From NCBI GenBank assembly GCA_001642005.1, contig LWCA01000037.1:1-64000 (forward strand): a DNA stretch of 64,000 bases. The letters are read 5' to 3'. The notes under the pieces were generated by a model. The model had not been told where the DNA came from. It was given only the letters and a program-made list of their open reading frames with translations, and did no database searches. The position numbers and the translations under genes are program-made. Positions within the stretch are counted from its first letter, which is position 1. Each line of letters starts with the position of its first letter. This document shows positions 14,145 through 27,529 of this stretch, in pieces. This DNA is from Intoshia linei. Taxonomy: Eukaryota; Animalia; Orthonectida.

Positions 14145-15209
14145 ATGTCTATTGCATTGACGCGGTTAATCGAAGAAAGAAAGCAATGGCGCAAGCAGAA
14201 ATTATTTGTAATTTGACCTTTTTTGATTTAACCGTTATTTAGGCATTTGAGGCTAAACCTATAACAAAAGATGGAACTTTGAATATGTTTGAATGGAATG
14301 CAACCATCCCTGGAAAAACTGGAGTAACTATTTTATTGTGTAATATCCCTAAAGACTAAATAGACTAATTGGGAAAAGGGATCTTTCAATTTACGATTGT
14401 ATTTCAAAGATGATTATCCAACAACGCCCCCTCGATGTAATTTTAAAAAAAGTATAAATATCCCATCAAAGTATGAATGATATATCTAGATTATAGAAGT
14501 TTACAGTATTACAACTAATTGATAATATAGAATATTTAAATTTTTTGAATAGGGCCAAATTTTCTCAAAGTATGAACAAAATTAGTTCAAATAAGTTTAA
14601 TTAGTTAAACCCGTCAGATTAAAATTTTTAGATATTGTTAATGATTATAATTTTTTCGTGTTGGGTGGTATTAATCTTTATTTGGACCTACAGTTGTGAC
14701 AATTTTTAATAAATAAATCTTAATCAAGATTAGTAAAACTTTGATTTTATTTTTAATATTTTAGGTAAATTTGAACCGACTATTTTCCATCCCAATATTT
14801 ATCCATCAGGAACTGTTTGTTTGTCACTGTTAGATGAGGATAAAGACTGGAAACCATCCGTTTCAATCAAACAAGTAATTAATTTTTTTGGGTATCATTT
14901 GGAATTTTAAAAATTAGAAAATATATATTATGACATTTGAAGTTGCAAAAACTGTATAAACTCCATTTAACAGTGATCGTACTAAAGTTATGATAGTGGT
15001 AGTTCAAAATAATGAAATTTTTTAGATTTTAACTGGCATTCAAAAATTATTAAATGAACCAAACATTAAAGATCCTGCACAAGCTGATGCATACACTGTA
15101 TATTGGTATTTTTAAAAAAAATTTAAAATATTTTAAATTTAGTAATAACCGCGAGGAATATGATAAACGAATACGCGAACAAGCAGAACGATTTCATAAA
15201 AATTATTAA
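14145..15209 (+). CDS. UBE2I: SUMO-conjugating enzyme Ubc9
   Basis: Six exons give [17 protein letters not shown]..., [71 protein letters not shown]..., including the Ubc9-type active site HPNxYPSGTVC. Confidence 0.97.
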
Positions 15210-18110
15210 ATTTTATTTCATTATTTATACATTTTATCATATCTTGCATCAACGGTGCATCTGGTGTAATACATGTTAAATTAAATGATTTTAAATAATT
15301 TGCAGTTTGTTTTCCCATACAAATATATCTCACCTTGTTGGCAAAAAAACTTTCTATTTTGGAACCTAGATTATTTTATAAAAAAATCAATATGTATTAG
15401 TAAGTGACTATTTTCAATGTATATGATACGGTTCTTTCTGGAATTTCGAAGGGGTCTCAGGTCATTAAATTTTACTTTAATTGCTTTATAAATTGTCTGT
15501 AATCATTTTTTCATCATCTTAAATCTGGTTGGAAAGCTGAATAAATGGTTACCGCCCCTGCATTGAAGGAAAAATGCACTGTAGATTAAATTTAACCTAA
15601 TACTAATGGAATAAAACAGTTATTTATATTTAAATATCGATGATATTCTTACTAATCTAACATTGATTATTTACAAACTGAACCAGAGGTGGGGATGCAT
15701 TTACTGTCCGAAGGCCGCAATAACGTCCAAAAACATTTTAATAAGGTCGCACCTTTCTCAATAAAATTTAATCAAATACAGCAGTGCTTCTCATTGGGGT
15801 GAATGATAAAATTTTAGCATATTTTATTTAATTTAGTAAAATCTTATGAGAAAAAGCCAAAATTTTATCGACCCTTAAGGAAATAATCCCTTTACCAAAC
15901 TTTTAAATCAAAAACTCCTCTATCTGATTCCAAAAGCAAAAGCCTAATTTTACCAACACTTTAGGAAAAAATGGCTTTTACCAATATTTTTCTGATAATC
16001 CCATTTTATAAAAAATTAATATTTTGAATGATAAATAAAATAATTCAAATTGTTCAGAAGGTCCCACCTCTAAACTAAACTATATTGTTAACCATTTTTG
16101 TCTAGTGAATGAATATTTAATATTCAACAATTTTTTATAATACACGATAAAAAATTATAAGGACCCTGACTTGAATAAAATTATACTTACCAAATATAAG
16201 TAGTTAAAATAAATTTATAAAATTGAATTTTGACTTGGTAAATTAAATTATAAAAGTAAACTGTATTTACATTTATATAAGTTAGATATATCATTCAATA
16301 CTACCAATGCATAGCGAATTATACATTGAAAATAATGGCCTTAATAATAATAATATTAATAAATAATAACATGTATAAACTACAAAAGCTAATTTTACGT
16401 AAAATTAGGTTATCGTGTCATTAAAAAATAAACCAATTTGATTAATAATAACGTTGAAAACAGATTCGACGCCAGAAGGACTGAAAAATGCAACAACATG
16501 AGCATTTCGCTAAAAATGTAAATGTATACGTGAATTAAAAATAGTACCACACCCGGTTGATGAATTAATGTTTGCAATTGTGAATTAGGAATAGTATTGT
16601 AGACATAAAAACTTTTATATTCAATTTCTAAAATATAAAATAAATTATGCGATAATAACCTTATTTAAAATCAAGGATACAAATCAACATAGGAACGATT
16701 TGTCAATAAAATTTTATAAAACAATTGAATGGGATTGCAAGATTTGCTATTTGGAAAGAAAAAGCAAAATGATATTAAAAAATCAATCCAAAACCTCGAT
16801 CTCCAATTAACCACCAATCAAAAACGCATAGATGACTGCAACACCAAATTCGAAGCTTGTACAAAGAGAGCCCTAGAATTTAAGAAAAAAGGGAAAACGA
16901 ATGGTAAACCTAATCGACCCGAATATACTAATTTTAGATGCTATGCGTGTTTTAAAGCAGCGAAAGCGTATAAGTGAACAAATTAAAAAATTGGATAATC
17001 AAATAGCTAATTTGGACAATTTAAAATTTGATCTAATTGAAGTTCAAACGCAAAAAGAACATATAAAATCGGTGAAAGAAGCTTCCGATGCAATTAAAAG
17101 TGAAATGAAAAATATGTTTGATATTTTTAATCGTTTTAATGTATCATGTTTATAGTACCATTGATAAAGTTAGTGATACTCAAGATGATTTGAATGCAAT
17201 CAGGGACGATCTTAATGATATGAACAACATTCTGGCAGATAATGCTGAAATGAGAGACAGCGAGATTGGCTTGGAGGCATATTGTATTTTGACATTGTAA
17301 ATTGATTTTAGGACCTTGAAAATGAATTTATGAACCTTGAAAATGAAATACAAGCAGATGAACTCAGTCCTATTAAAGAAGAAACAGACACTAAAGACAT
17401 TGATAAGGATATAGAACTCATTCTGAACGATTTAGAAGACGTGCCAACTGATAAAGTTAAAAAAGAAACTGGTTCAAATTTAAATATTTTTAATTACTAG
17501 TTATTTAGAAACAGATTTCCGTGATAACCTCGAAAAATGGCTTACGTGACAAAATGAAAATGTAGCATTAAATGTTTATATTAAGACCTTTTTCTTGGAA
17601 ATATTTATCAATAATGTCCAAAGAACGAACTCCTCGAATATATATCAATATTCTTTCTTCTAATATAATAAAAATTTGTACAGAAATAATAAAATACCAT
17701 TTTCGAATAATTCTATCAAATTATCAGCGCTATTAGCTATAATTCGACTGGAAAACGGGGCAAAACTTTGCACTAAGAAAATATTGTATATGACTACGAC
17801 TGAACGCTTACCAAATTTTGCAATTTGTCTTCCAACAATATAAAATTTTGCATCATTTAATCCAAAATTTTCTAATCTCTTGGCAGCATATTTGCTGGTT
17901 AATATAATGGTCAAATTATTATTTTCCCGCAGCAAATTGAGCAATTCATTGCTAAAGGTAAATTGAATAATATGAATCGGTTCAATAAATAAAACGTCCG
18001 CATCTTTTGAAATTGTCTTTGAAATTTATATTTTTATGTCAAAAATCACATACATTTTCATAAATATTGTTTGAATCTGAATGCGTTTTGAAAAGTATCA
18101 CTTTTTTCAT
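15139..18110 (-). CDS. UROS: Uroporphyrinogen-III synthase (HemD/HEM4)
   Basis: Minus-strand exons give MKKVILFK..., IILTSKYAAKRL, FYIVGRQIAK, NSADNLIELF, ILIYIRGVRSLDIIDKYFQEK, FYVYNT, VVAFFSPSGVESV and YICMGKQTANYLKSFNL...PDAP, which are colinear with the UROS/HemD motifs (TS, VG, G, VYxT, FFSPSG, IGxxTA). Confidence 0.85.
16729..17549 (+). CDS. Snf7-family ESCRT-III protein (CHMP4/CHMP6-like), nested in a UROS intron
   Basis: Five exons give a basic N-terminal half (MGLQDLLFGKKKQ...AMRVLKQRKRISEQIKKLDNQIANLD) and an acidic C-terminal half (IDKVSDTQDD...DLENEFMNLE...LEKWLT). The N-terminus is CHMP6-like and the tail CHMP4-like, so no symbol is given. Confidence 0.88.
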
Positions 18111-18255
18111 TATTATAATTAATTGGTAACCAATTTTATCATTGTCACTAGTGTACTAATTTAAATTATGTGAAAATAACTTTATAAGTTATTTGTAAAT
18201 ATTTGGTTTGTTTTTGTAAATGATATCTGTACAAATTAAAAGTATTACATAAGAA

Positions 18256-19529
18256 ATGGTATGATTCTACTGTAAATTGACATTCTAATGTTATATAGGC
18301 ATATCATTCGACATTTACAAATAATAATTATAAGGTTATTGGCGATACAGCCTTACTACCTTTACGTACAAAAATTAGAGGACCAGCTGTTAAAACAAGT
18401 TTATCTATTTGATACTTTTTATATTTTTCAGACGAAAATTACGATATCATTGATGAAGTTTTATTATTTTTTAAAGCCAATATCCTCTTTAAAAGTTTCA
18501 CTATCCAGGTAGAATCGGTCATTTTTATTTTGTATGTCTTTTTAGTCTGAAGCTGATCGTACCTTAATTTACATTACTCTTTATATTACAGAAGTTTTGA
18601 AAAAAGCAGTCAAGGTACACTATTAATTCATCAATGGTCACGTTAAGACTTGTCTTAAGAGTCAAGATAACAATACCTGTAAAAAGTTGATTGTTGACAA
18701 GTTTAACGAACAAACGTTGATTTAGAAATTTTTAATAAATTTTATTGATCAATCACTTATTTTACTAAATTGACATTTTATAAAAAAGTACTAACTGTAC
18801 TGTACTTGAATAATTTATTTTTACTAAAAAATAAAAATGATTTATTCATAGTATTCCATTTAAAATGTTTTGTAATGAGAATAATGAATAAGGTACGAGA
18901 AACAATTCAAAAACAACATAAAAATAAATTTTTTTATTTTTCATTCTAATTAAAAATTCCGTTAGCGTTAACGGGATTAAAGTGTATTAAAATTACGCTG
19001 ATTTGGTTATAAGTGAATTTATGATTTAAAATCAAAAAAATTAGTCATGTCAGTTTAGAATAGTCAATTTCATACAAATTTTTTTTGAGAATTTGTGAGA
19101 ATCATTATAATGTACTTATATGTATTGATAATTTAGTGCCAAAATAAAAACAACACTGTAAAAGAACTGCATTCTATGAGTATTGAAAAATTTTCTATAC
19201 CTGGAGATCAATCATTTCCTCTTAAAGGTTTATATGCCTCTCCAGCAAACCGAAACGAAGAAGGTTTTTAACTGTTATGAAATATTTTATAGATTTTAAA
19301 TTTTTATTAAATTATTTGTAATTTGAGTTTTATTAGCAGAAATACGAGGATACCTAACCCAAGTGCGACAGGAAGTAAACGAAAGATTGTCAACCATTTT
19401 GTTCAAGGATTCTGATAAAAAACCTTCAAAAGTTTCATTTTTAAACGTGTAATTTAAATTTTTTAGTGGTGGACCTGTTTCGTAAAAAGAAAATTTATGG
19501 ATAAAAGTCTATCTAAAGCTGGACAATGA
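18256..19529 (+). CDS. ARPC3: Arp2/3 complex subunit 3 (p21-Arc)
   Basis: ATG-only first coding exon, then AYHSTF...ALLPLRTKIRGPA, DIIDEVLLFFKANILFKSF, EADRTLIYITLYITE, IPGDQSFPL, YLTQVRQE and PSKWWTCFVKRKFMDKSL. Confidence 0.96.
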
Positions 19530-19577
19530 ACCAACCTCTTTATTAATTTAGCTTGACTAATAAATATTGAATATTAT

Positions 19578-22500
19578 TTATTCAGTTACATCTTCTAAAT
19601 CTTTTTCTTTTATTCTAAATACATGCAGAAGAATGTAGATAATCGATGCGAAAGCATATGAAACACCAACCATGATAAACATGTCGAAATATCTTCCAGT
19701 TGTCCTTATTATTTGAGCTAAATATACTTTTAGTTGTAATAATTTCATTTTTGTTTTATTTTATTATGAGAATATTTTTAAACCCAACCATTTTTACTAA
19801 AAATCCACTTTTATCAACCCTTAAGCGAAATTCCACTTTTACAAACTCTTTAGGGAAAATTCCGATTTTACAAATCCATTAGAGAAAAATCGAGTTTCAC
19901 CAATCCTAAGGGAAAAATGTAGTCTTATTAACCCTAAAATGAAAAAATCAGTTTTACCAACCCTTAAGACAGTGCTTTTCAACTATTTTTGGTTGGCAAC
20001 ACATATTTCAATCTCAAAAAATTTCGCGACACATCAATCAAAAAAATACACGATTGATTAATAAATATAATTGAACCAATTTTTTTCTAATAATCTAAAA
20101 ATAAGCTATGTAAAATTTATCATCGTCACTAAAAATATCTTTGATTTGCATTTTTATGTCTTCCAATTGTATTGTCTGCTAATGAAATTTAAATAAAATT
20201 TTAAGTTTGGCGATACACAAAAGTTTCACGATACACTGGTTGGAAAGCACTGCCTTAAGGGATTAATTCACCTTTACAAACCCTAAAACTTGAAATTTTT
20301 CCTGAAGGTTTGGTAACACTAATGGTTTAATTTCAGTCTTGTAAAACTGAATTTTTCCCTTAAGATTTGGTAAAACAGGAATTTTCCCAAAAGGGTTGGT
20401 AAATTTTGATTTTCAGTAAAAATGATTAGATTTAAGTAAAAAATGGTTGGATTTAAGTAGACACCCTTTTATTACAGTGCTCGTTCTCCAAAGTGACCAC
20501 TTTTGATGAACGAAGGATCGTGGAGAGTCAACAGTGGGTCCGTTGTAGATCAAAGTGATAGGCCCTATATACAAACTAAAAAAATATATATCCATGGTTT
20601 AACTATTTCTTCAGTGCTACACGGCTGGAGTAACAAAATTACACCAACACTTAAGTAAAAAATCCACTTAATAATATTATTTTTTTGAAATTTGTTCCTT
20701 CATTGCTTCGAAATATTTTTTATTGCTACGCAATTTTTCAATCTCAAAAATCTCATTTTTAAAACATTTTGTTTATAACTTAAATTAAAACTACAACTTT
20801 GTCATTATCATTTTTATATTTATTACAATCCTTTGCAATATTGGTAAATTCACGTGAAATATGTTTATAAAGTGCTGATTCCGTTAATTATTGATACATA
20901 ATTGGTATTTTTAAGTATTTATTAAATTGGTACAGAATATATATTATCACTTTGAAAATGACAAAATAGGATTTTATAATTTTATGTTTTCTGGAATTTA
21001 TGCTATTTATGACAATTTTTAGGATCGGACTGTTTTTACTTTATTTTTAATAATATACACACATTCTGTCTAAAAATTAAAAAAATGGGATAACAATTGT
21101 TTGTAAAATTCTTTATACAAATGTTAACAAAATTAAGATGGAATAATTCAATTTAAAGTAAAAAGTAATATGATATGACAATTTCACCTGAAACAAGTTT
21201 GAGAACCACTCCTTTAAAGGATTGATAATAGTAAATAGTAGAATTTTAAGTTAGATTTTCAACGTGTATTTATTTTTTTGGTATATTAAAAATGTGCCCT
21301 CGGCAGAGCTAGGTGCTGTTTGTACGTAGTACAATGTACTATATATAATTACTTGAACAAAAAAATAATATTTTCAAATTTTACGTACTACAATCAAAAT
21401 AAATTTTTTATTGGTCAAAATAGTCCACATGAACCACTTTGGCAACCCTTTTTTTAATATATTCTGAATATCACGAAAAAAATAAGCAGGTTTATTCAAT
21501 TGGACACAAAAAATGACAAGTTTCATTATTACATAATCAATACCAATTTATTTAAACTGATGATTAATATTGATTTTTCGGTTTTTCTGATATTAATATT
21601 TCAACTAATGTATTAATTTACCGGCTATTTGAGGACCAATAGCTAAACCAATACCCATACCGAACCGATAAATGACAAATAAATGTTTTATTTTGCGAGT
21701 GTTCATTATCTCTTCACAAGATACATACATTCCTGCAATTATTGGACCGCCGAATAATCCTTGACCTATGTGAAACATGTACATTTTAATTTTGAATGCT
21801 TTTAACAAATTACCGATAACATAAAGATACATTTCAAATAATTGATTTGAAAACCCTCCTCCAATAGATATTAAAAAAAGAGATAATGCACAACCACCAT
21901 AGATTATTAAAAACTTTCCTTCCAAAAATCGACCAATTGCTGATGTTAATAATCGACTTGTTGCTTCTGATACACCATATATTGTTACTACTTGGACAGC
22001 ATCAACAAGATGTATATTTTTTGATAACATGTATCGTATCTAAATTTTCACAGTACAATTCAATAATAATTATAATTATTGGGCTAATTTTTTTTAGATA
22101 AAAAAACTGATAATGGTAAAATGTGATTTTTAAATACCCAATTTTGTAGCATATACTAAAGAATATGGTCCCATGAGAAGAGTCGCACCTAACATGCACA
22201 AAATCCCTCTTTGGAGGCCAAATTGAGAATTTATAAAATTTCCATTTTTCATACACTAGTCATGGCTCAACTGCTGTGGAAAGGTGGTTAGAGGCTATAT
22301 GGAATAACGAATCTCTCGTCAAATTTTTAGGGACCTATTATTACATATTGATATCTCATAAGAGAGTATCGTAGATTCGGCTCCACCCGTTAACCGGGCC
22401 ATGTGGATTCTGTTTATATGTAATCAAAATACAATGTATGACTTTATTTACTTACATAAATTACCATATTAAATGTTTCCGACTTTTTTGACATACATTT

Positions 22501-24669
22501 TAGTATAACTAATAATTTTACATTTTTTTTGTTTTATCAGCTTATTTGTATTACATGTATATTCGAAAAAACTGAATTATTTTTAATTCCAATTTAGTTA
22601 TAAACATTATAATTCTACGATGTAATAGAATAGTTAGATTCTAATTATTTTAAATTTAACTTCATGTACGTGATTGTGATTAAGGTAATGACAAAAATTA
22701 CTATATAAACGATTGGGGTATAATACCCAATAGCTTTGAAAAAAGAAGCAAAGAATAATAAGATTTGAAGATAGAGAGACTTGCTTATCAATTTTTCTGG
22801 AATATTTTTTTGGACACTACTGCTACATTCACTATTCAAATATCCTCCGTAAGCTGATGACAAATTACGAATTTTGAATTTTCCATCTTCTCGATAACTA
22901 TTAATTCTGCCTGATTTCTGAGTGTCTGTTACAGCACATTCGGAGCATTCTGAAGTTAATTGTACTCCGAATAATGTTCCGTAGTGTGCTAAAATATCGT
23001 TAAACTTTACAAAATATTTATTTTAATATATGCTAATGACATTACTCAAATATTCTGAACAATGGACGAATCGTCCCTCAGGTCATGGGACTTGTGAAAT
23101 ATAAAAAATATTTCTTAGCCTATATCAAATAGTTAATATTTTACAACATAAAGATACATACACTTAACAGGATTAATAATTCATGATATAATGATGAGAT
23201 TCCCAAAGTTTTTATCTGGACAGATCATTTTGCTTTATATTTTTTGCAGGCTGTTTAAAATAGTATCCCTAAGAAATATTATCAGTGATAATTTATTACA
23301 TTATTTTAGAACTAAGACCATGTCCTATATTCAAATTTTCAAATTTTTTAGCAGCCCTTCACTTAAATCAGTGGTTCACGATTCAAATAGTTTACGGACC
23401 CCATTTCAAAATATTTATGAAAAAATCTTCAATTTATTCATAAGATTTGATATAATCGGGGTTTTCAAAACATTGGAAAAAGTTAATTTTTCCCTTAAGG
23501 GTTGGTAAAATTGTGTTTTTCACAAAAATATTCGAAAAATGTGATTTTTCCATTAAGGGTTAGTAAAATTGTATTTTTTATTTTGAATTTTAGATTATGA
23601 AGGTGCTACTCACAAGATTTGGCAAAATAGTGTTTTTCAAAAAAATATTGGAAAAAGTGGATTTTTCACCTAAGGTTTGGTAAAATTGTATTTTTTATTT
23701 TGAGGTTTGATTAAATTGACTTTTTCATAGGGTTTGGTAAAATCGGATTTTTCAAAAAAATATCGGCAAGATTTGATTTTTTCCTGAGGGTTTGAAATTT
23801 CACGATTACATTGTCGAGTGTTACATGATATAATTAAAATTTTTAAAGATCAAATATAAATTTAATTACGTTGTATTTCATTTATAAGGGTTGTTTCTTC
23901 ATTATCAACATTAGATGATTCATTAATTTCAACGACATTTGTATATGTGGTTTTTAGAGGAGGCTGAAAAATATATATTGAAACTGTGGTGAGTATAAGA
24001 ATAGCTGTTCCATAAAAATAATATACATATACCCAACCATAATATTTTATCAAATGGTAGGATAATTTACTTCCAATTATGGCTCCTAAATTGAATTTAA
24101 AATTAAAACAAATTATACCAAAAAATATAATTTTTAATTTATACTAAATAAATTACCGAAAGGATACCCTAAAGCTCCAATACTAGTTACGAAAGCATGC
24201 CACTTGTCATTCTTTGGAAAATACTTGTCTATGACATAAATGGGCTATTCAATTAAATTAGATTATATTACTAGGAATGAAAAAATATTATATTTACCGA
24301 TGTAATAATCATGGAGAATGAGAATGGGAAAATAAAAGCGATGAATAATATAAAGCAGTATTGATTTATAACTATTGCAAGATGAAATGAAGATATGGCC
24401 GCCAAAACGCCACCAATAAAGACAATTTTGGCGCAATCTAATACAGTATTATCTTCAACATACTGAACAAGAGATGAGCATACCAGAGGTAACGAGAAAC
24501 TAGCAGCACATATAAACCCAATTACATTTTCTGTATAATTAAATTGGCTCTTTATATTTATTATAATTTGACTGAGTGACTCCAAATAACAACACATTGT
24601 AGTGTACTGTAAAAAATATGTGGGAACTACCAAAATTTTTCGAATTCGATGGTGAATCCTTGTCACCAT
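19578..24669 (-). CDS. MFS transporter, SLC16/monocarboxylate-transporter-like (start uncertain)
   Basis: Hydrophobic minus-strand exons at about 24300-24669, 24157-24243, 23870-24087, 22860-22990, 22700-22860, 21810-22090, 21620-21705 and 19578-19717. They contain MCT-like motifs (IDKYFPK, YYGW..., GYYTPIVY, YGVSEATSRLLTS, AIGPQIAG, TGRYFDMF). Confidence 0.75.
19780..20412. repeat. Degenerate ~30-bp minisatellite (consensus about AAAATCCGATTTTACCAAACCCTTAAGGGAA) with an orientation flip
   Basis: Tandem units run forward to about 20290 and reverse-complement afterwards. The same unit occurs at about 15840-16000, 23480-23790, 25420-25670, 26260-26430, 44690-45190, 53430-53670, 59140-59470 and 60650-60810. 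Confidence 0.7.
19970..20252. mobile_element. hAT MITE inserted in a minisatellite
   Basis: TIRs CAGTGCTTTTCAAC ... GTTGGAAAGCACTG, TSD CCTTAAGA/CCTTAAGG. Confidence 0.8.
20650..21335 (+). mobile_element. Helitron-like copy (truncated)
   Basis: Near-colinear with 12600-13255 and ends in the same GTAC-xxx-GTAC hairpin. The terminal CTAG is absent. Confidence 0.65.
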
Positions 24670-25057
24670 ATCTTGCAATTTTAATATTCTTTTATACAAT
24701 GTTGTGATAATTAAAAATATTTCTACAATTAATCTAGATTTTCTTGTAATTTTTCATTTATCACGCTCTATAGATTTATCTATAGATCACTTGTCATTTA
24801 TGGCCTATAATTTCTGTTAAATGTGTAATTTAAAATACACATTTGTTATTTCAAATTCAATGCTAAAATGTTACATCTTTATAATCTACATAACAATATT
24901 TAAAATCAAGTATTCATCAAAAATATATACATTGTGGTCAATTCTTGGATGGCTTCATTCATTATTCACCAAATATTTTTTCATAGTAATGTAGGATTAC
25001 AAAAATTTGACGACCACCGGATTAATCTATAATTCGTTATTTTTTACTTACATAATA

Positions 25058-25927
25058 CAGGCTAATTACGAGTTAACGGAATAATTTGCCCTGGAAAAAA
25101 TCCTATTCCGTTAACGATGAATTTTTTGGGGAAAAACGTTTTCGTTAACGAATTTTTTATAAATAATATATACATTAAAACAGTGGTTCCGGATTGGGGT
25201 CCCAAATTATATGGCTGGGGCGGGTGAGATTTAAATTAAATATGGAAAAATTTTAATTAACTTTTGTTTATTTTTATAGGATAATTTTTAATATTTATTA
25301 CAGACTTTTTTAAATGTTGATTATCCAAAAGTCTAGAAGATGCTACCTTATTATTTCAAAAATCACACTTTTATTCCACCATTAATAAAATTTAATCAAA
25401 AATACCATTTCAAGCACTAGGGGGAAATTGACTTTTACCCATATTTTTTTGAAAAATCCAATAGTAACAACCCTTAAGGAAAAAATACCCTTTTCCCAAT
25501 ATTTTTTTGAAAAACAAGATTTTACCAAACCTTAAGGAAAAAATCACCTTTTTCCAATATTATTTTGAAAAACACGATTTTACCAAATCCTGTGAGTAAC
25601 ACCCTCATAATCCAAAATTCAAAATAAAAAATACAATTTTACCAAACCTTAAGGGAAAAATCACCTTTTTCCACTTTTTCAATTTACCAATTTTTTCATC
25701 GCAGTTTTATATTTCATGTTTCCCTTGAAATGTTTAAAAAAATAAATATTTTAAAATGGAAGTCCGTACACTATTTGAACAGGGAACCACTGAATTAAAA
25801 CAATTAAAAAATTAAAATATTTTGATTTTCATTCCATTTAACCTATATTTGTAGGTCATCCGGTAGTAGTCCCTTAATCAGGATTTTTTTCCGTAACGAG
25901 GAATTCCGTTAAATAGAAATTAGCCTG
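25058..25927. mobile_element. Tc1/mariner(pogo)-type MITE with a nested hAT MITE (25181-25792)
   Basis: Outer: TA|CAGGCTAATTACGAGTTAACGGAAT ... ATTCCGTTAAATAGAAATTAGCCTG|TA. Inner: CAGTGGTTCC ... GGAACCACTG with TSD CATTAAAA/AATTAAAA. Confidence 0.85.
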
Positions 25928-27529
25928 TATTTAAAATATAGTACCGATAAATAAGATGAACTAGTCGTGAAAATGTTGAAGAGTGAAGGATAATACAGAA
26001 TGTACAGAGAAAATTTACAATACAAAATGTAATTTCAAATTTTGATTAAATCTTATTTCATTTATGGAAATATGAATGATAATTATCATTTCCTATTATA
26101 ATAAGATATTGTCTGTTAAAAAATAGTAAACGCAATTTTAACGTATCTTACGTTATCATTACTTAGTATATAGCATTTCCGTATGAAAAATTAATGTCTG
26201 TGTGTGTTTGTTACGGCTTATTTAAAAAATGGATGTCTACTTAAGTCCGACCATTTTTACTAAAATCAAAATTTACAACTCTTTAGGAAAAATTTCTGTT
26301 TTACCAAACCTTAAAAGAAAAATGCAGTTAAGGTTTTAATTTTTTGGGGTTGGTAAGACGGAATTTTTCCCTTAAGGATTGATAAAACTAGATTTTTCAT
26401 TTTAGGGTAAATAAGACTGAATTTTTCCCTTAAAGCTAGTGATTGTGATTTCCCGGGAAAAATAAAAAATTTTTATTCACATATAATATTAATTTTAGAA
26501 ACAAAAAGAAATTTAATTAATGAAATAACACGAATCTAGATTGAAAGTTACAAATTGAGTTTGATGCAGTGGATTTTTTTCATAAGATTTTGTAAAATCG
26601 GATTTATGAAAAGAATATCGGTGTAAGACAATTTTTCCATGAGGGCTTGAAATGGTATTTTTGATTAAATTTTATTAGTGGTGGGATTTTTGAAATGGTA
26701 AATTTTAAATATCCTATTTTATATAATATGCTACGCAATATTTGTTTTTGTGTGTTCCACTTTATTGAAATAACTACCAGTATTAGAATTTTATAAAGTC
26801 CACATTTCAATTACAGTTTTTTCAGGGACATATAATAAGATAAATTTTAATCTCCCAAACTTACATCTTACGGATCAATAACCTCAATTATTCTTCTTTT
26901 TGAAAATTAAACGTGTTGGAGAATTAAAAAAAATATATACGCTGATACGGATTTTAAAATCATAAATATTATCATAAATTTAAATTTAAAAAAATTATAT
27001 TTTCAAAGCCAAAACCACAAATTACCCTGTTTTTTTAATGAAAACAGCTCTAGAATTTAAAAAAACAAGCAAGGACAATTTTTGATATTTTTACTGGTAA
27101 GGCATAAAATTAATCCTTTTTATCAAAAGATTTTAAGGGTGGTATGATATTTTTAGGGATTTATTTCTGCAATATTTGTATGGATGCTGCCTTCATTTCT
27201 AAACGGTTCACAATCCTAGACAAATACTCATTTTCACATGTACGCTATTTATAAAGATGTTAGTATTCAGGATTAAATTAAGCCTACTAATCCTTATGAG
27301 AATGGGTGTTGATTGGAGATAACTAATCTAGTTAAATTAATTACACACACTTGTTTTTCTGGGTGTGTATTTCTGTTTTTAATTGATTTTTTTAACCCAT
27401 TTAAATTTTTTTACTTTTTGTCAATAAAATGTAAAATAAGTGTAAATAAGCAACCACAACATTGAAATTTTATAAAATAAAGTCTTTTTCATAATTAAAA
27501 CAAACAAATTTTTGAACGACATTAAATTT

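Noticed and set aside
19780-25670. CRISPR-like periodic ~30-bp repeats
   Set aside because: The units are degenerate and contiguous, with no unique spacers and no cas genes, in a eukaryotic context.
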